Shown here piece by piece: positions 38,717 to 64,000 of a stretch of 64,000 bases of DNA; the stretch's first letter is position 1, and the number at the start of each line of letters is the position of its first letter. The translations under genes and the position numbers were made by a program. The stretch spans positions 24,802,001 to 24,866,000 of the forward strand of contig CM075989.1 of NCBI GenBank assembly GCA_038087875.1. The letters are read 5' to 3'. The notes below the pieces were generated by a model, which was not told the DNA's origin, did not search any database, and saw only the letters and a program-made list of their open reading frames with translations. Source of the stretch: Malacoraja senta (lineage: Eukaryota).

Positions 38717-40923
38717 TAGAAACATAGAAAGATAGAAAATAGGTGCAGGAGTAGGCCACTCGGCCCTTCGAGCCTGCACCGCCATTCGATATGATCATGG
38801 CTGATCATCCAACTCAGTATCCTGTACCTGCCTTCTCTCCATACCCCCTGATCCCTTTAGCCACAAGTGCCACATCTAACTCCCTCTTAAATATAGCCAA
38901 TGAACTGGCCTCAACTACCTTCTGTGGCAGAGAATTCCACAGATTCACCACTCTCTGCGTAAAAAATGATTTTCTCATCTCGGTCCTAAAAGACTTCCCT
39001 CTTATCCTTAAACTGTGACCCCTAGTTCTGGACTTCCCCAACATCAGGAATAATCTTCCTGCATCTAGCCTGTCCAACCCCTTAAGAATTTTGTAAGTTT
39101 CTATAAGATCCCCCTCAATCTTCTAAATTCTAGCGTGTACAAGCCGAGTCTATCCAGTCTTTCTTCATATGAAAGTCCTGACATCCCAGGAATCAGTCTG
39201 GTGAACCTTCTCTGTACTCCCTCTATGGCAAGAATGTCTTTCCTCAGATTAGGAGACCAAAACTGTACGCAATACTACAGGTGTGGTCTCACCAAGACCC
39301 TGTACAACTGCAGTAGAACCTCCCTGCTCTAATACTCAAATCCTTTTGCTATGAATGCTAACATACCATTTGCTTTCTTCACTGCCTGCTGCACCTGCAT
39401 GCCTACTTTCAATGACTGGTGTACCATGACACCCAGGTCTCGTTGCATCTCCCCTTTTCCTAATTGGCCACCATTCAGATAATAGTCTACTTTCCTGTTT
39501 TTGCCACCAAAGTGGTTAACCTCACATTTATCCACATTATACTGCATCTGCCATGCATTTGCCCACTCACCCAACCTATCCAAGTCACCTTGCAGCCTCC
39601 TAGCATCCTCCTCACAGCTAACACTGCCCCCCAGCTTCATGTCATCCACAAACTTGGAGATGTTGCATTCAATTCCCTCATCCAGTTCATTAATATATAT
39701 TGTAAATAGCTGGGGTCCCAGCACTGAGCCTTGCGGTACCCCACTAGTCACTGCCTGCCATTCTGAAAAGGACCCGTTTACTCCTACTCTTTGCTTCCTG
39801 TTTGCCAGCCAGTTCTCTATCCACATCAATACTGAACCCCCAATACCGTGTGCTTTAAGTTTGCATACTAATCTCTTATGTGGGACCTTGTCGAAAGCCT
39901 TCTGAAAGTCCAGATATAACACATCCACTGGTTCTCCCTTATCCACTCTACTAGTTACATCCTCGAAAAATTCTATAAGATTCGTCAGACATGATTTACC
40001 TTTCATAAATCCATGCTGACTTTGTCCAATGAATTCACCACTTTCCAAATGTGCTGCTACCCCATCTTTAATAACTGACTCCAGAATTTCCCCCACCACC
40101 GATGTTAGACTAACTGGTCTGTAATTCCCCGTTTTCTCTCTCCCTCCCTTTTTAAAAAGTGGGGTTGCATTAGCTACCCACCAGTCCTCAGGAACTACTC
40201 CAGAATCTAAAGTGTTTTGAAAAATGATCACTAATGCATCCACTATTTCTGCGGCTACTTCCTTAAGTACTCTGGGATGCAACTTATCTGGCCCTGGGGA
40301 TTTATCGGCCTTTAATCCATTCAATTTACCTAACACCACTTCCCGGCTAACCTGGATTTCACTCAGTTCCTCCATCTCATTTAACCCCTGGTCCCTTGCT
40401 ATTTCCGGCAGATTATTTATGTCTTCCTTAGTGAAGACAGAACCAAAGTAGTTATTCAATTGGTCTGCCATGTCCTTGTTCCCCATGATCAATTTGCCTG
40501 TTTCTGACTGCAAGGGACCTTCATTTGTTTTAACTAATCTTTTCCTCTTCACATATCTATACAAACTTTTGCAGTCAGTTCTAATGTTCCCTGCCAGTTT
40601 TCTTTCATAATCTATTTTCCCTTTCCTAATTAAGCCTTTTGTCCTCCTCTGCTGGACTCTGAATTTCTCCCAGTCCTCTGGTAGGCTGCTTTTTCTGGCT
40701 AATTTGTACGCTTCATCTTTTGTTTTGATACTATCCCTGATTTCCCTTGTTATCCACGGATGCACTAACTTCCCCGATTTATTCTTTTGCCAAACTGGGA
40801 TGAACAATTGTTGTAGTTCATCCATGCAGTTTTTAAATGCCTTCGATTGCATAGCCACCGTCAACCCATTAAGAATCATTTGCCAGTCTATCTTGGCCAA
40901 TTCACATCTCATACCCTCAAAGT
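38717..40923 (-). mobile_element. 5'-truncated CR1-clade LINE (HER1-like) ORF2 with reverse transcriptase, inactive
   Basis: 527-aa ORF with KSPGPD, NYRPVSLTS, QHGF, YLDFQKAFDKVPH, GVPQGSVLGP and FVDD (normally FADD). After an in-frame stop at 39329 the frame continues (..RTRGHSLRIRG..FFTQRVVNLWNSLP). (TTTCTATG)n tail at 38717. Confidence 0.95.
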
Positions 40924-42189
40924 CACAATATAATTATATTTCTATATTATATGTAAGTATTTTCAGTCAAGAGGCAGGACATTAAATGCAGCAGCAATCT
41001 GCTGGTAGAAGACATCTTTTGTTTGCTTTGTTTTTATGCATGAGTAAACCAATTCTCTGGCGCTGCACCTAAGGAGATTGGTTGCATTGTAAAGCTGTGA
41101 TTGTCAATAAAAAATGACAATGATGAGAGCAGAGCAGGTTGATGCTGAGGACTGAAAGGAAGAGGCATGGTTAATGGACACAGTTATCACCACCATTCCC
41201 AGCCTGGTTTACAGCAAGATGTTTATCCATCCCTTCACCTTATAACTGGGTTGCACTTTGTGCAGTTTTGAATATATATTTGCAGTGCTCTGACCTCACC
41301 TGCCTTTACGCAACTCCCAACAAAAGGCGCAGTAACTCAGCGGGTCAGGCAGCATCTCTGAAGAATGTGGATAGGTGACGTTTCGGGTTGGGACCCTTCT
41401 TCTGACTGATTGTAGTAGATGGGGGAGAGAAAGCTGGAAGGGAGGTGGGGGCAGGGCAAAGTTTGGCAAGTGATAGGTGGATACAGGTGAGGGGGAATTC
41501 TGATTAGCAGGTGATTGGACAAATGCCAGAGATGAAAAGAGAAAATGTGTGAGTTAAGGAGATGAGGATGGGATGAGAAGCCAGAGGAATAGATATAGAT
41601 GTTTAGTTTCTCTTTAGATTAAAGATACAGGGTGGAGACAGTCCTTTCGGCCCACCAAGTCCGCGCCGACCAACCAAAACGCATACACTAGTTCTACACT
41701 ACACGCTAGGGACAATTTGCAGAAACAAACCGACACGTCTTTGGAATATGGGAGGAAACAATGGACCTTTGTGGGCTCCACCTTTTCTTGGTCATCGGTG
41801 CCGGCTCCGATTTGTTCTGAATCATGTCATACCCTAAGTTTTCCTCTCCCCTCAGTCTCAGTCTGAAGAAGGGTCTCGACCCGAAATGTCACCCATTCAT
41901 TTTCTCCAGAGATGCTGCCTGACCCGCTGAGTTACTCCAGCTGTTTGAGTCTATCTAGTAGATCTAGATAATCTATGGCGTAAACCACTAATCAGGAATG
42001 TAAACCTGCCCCATTCTCCTGCTTTTGGCAATTCAATTGAAACTGTCAACATGACACGGCTCTAACTCACTCCTGATCTCATCTTGCACTTGTGTATTTA
42101 AACAAACTGAGAGCAGCCCCGCTCCGCTCTCTCTATTCACAGCGGCTGTTCGTGGTCCTGTCTGGCGTGCGGGGAAAGGCATTGTCCCC

Positions 42190-42600
42190 ACCCCACGCTT
42201 CCTCTCCTCTCTCCACCCCTCTTCTCCCCTCCCCTCGTCACCCTTCCCCTCCTCACCCTTCCCCTCCTCACCCCACCCTCCTCTCCTCTCTCCACCCCTC
42301 TTCTCCCCTCCCCTCGTCACCCTCCCCCTCCTCTCCCCTCCTCACCCCACCCTCCTCTCCCCACCCCACCTCTCCTCTCCTCTCTCCACCCCTCTTCTCC
42401 CCTCCCCTCGTCACCCTTCCCCTCGTCACCCTTCCCCTCCTCTCCCCTCCTCACCCCACCCTCCTCTCCTCACCCCACCCTCCTCTCCTCTCTCCACCCC
42501 TCTTCTCCCCTCCCCTCGTCACCCTTCCCCTCCTCTACCCACGTCACCCTTCCCCTCCTCACCTCTCCTCTCCTCTCCTCTCTCCTCCCCTCGCCTTTCC
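42190..42600. repeat. Polypyrimidine (C/T) low-complexity tract with internal duplications, upstream of the TMC3 ATG
   Basis: Repeated ctcctctctccacccctcttctcccctcccctcgtcaccctt units. Confidence 0.9.
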
Positions 42601-42688
42601 CCTCCGGTCAGACGTTGGATGTCCAGTCGGGGAGCGGCTGTGCGGACGGGCCGGAGTAGAGGGGCGAGCGGTGGGCGGACCGACCCCA

Positions 42689-63767
<21,079 letters not shown>

Positions 63768-64000
63768 TAAGTTTAGTTTAGTTTATTATTGTCATGTGTA
63801 CTGAAGTACAGTGAAAAGCTTTGTATGTGTGCTATCCAGTCAAAGAAAGGACTATAAATGATTACTATCGAGCCGTCCACAGATACAGGATAAAGGGAGA
63901 GGTCGAGCAGGCTAAGACTTCATTATTTGGAGCACAGGAGGATGAGGGATGATCTTATAGAGGTTTATAAAATCATGAGAGGAATAGATCAGGTAATGCA

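Noticed and set aside
39329..40912. Active or domesticated reverse transcriptase gene
   Set aside because: 5' truncated (no endonuclease or ORF1), with in-frame stops downstream and an FVDD motif: a decaying CR1 copy.
1..42000. A second host protein-coding gene upstream
   Set aside because: The recognisable ORFs are TE-derived or repetitive, and I found no chain of spliced exons; small exons could have been missed.

Overview
Repeat-dense vertebrate genomic DNA. The repeat families point to a cartilaginous fish, probably a skate or ray (inference). The only host protein-coding gene I can support is TMC3 (transmembrane channel-like 3) on the + strand: 18 coding exons from the ATG at 42689 to 63766, continuing past the window end. 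The spliced frame is broken in two places: exon 5 is 1 nt short, and there is one extra G at the exon 10 donor. These are either assembly indels or real loss of function. The upstream ~42 kb has no supportable host gene and holds HE1/V-SINEs, CR1 and Rex1-type LINE fragments, Harbinger-like MITEs and several minisatellites. The most interesting non-coding signal is the abundant Penelope-like element tail. It carries a minimal hammerhead ribozyme core (CUGAAGA/CUGAUGA-A-GGGUC..GACCC-GAAAC-GUH) in about 20 copies, including sense copies in TMC3 introns, fold-back pairs and a derived 66-bp tandem repeat. All comparisons with human TMC3 and repeat families are from memory, not database searches. 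Repeat boundaries are approximate.
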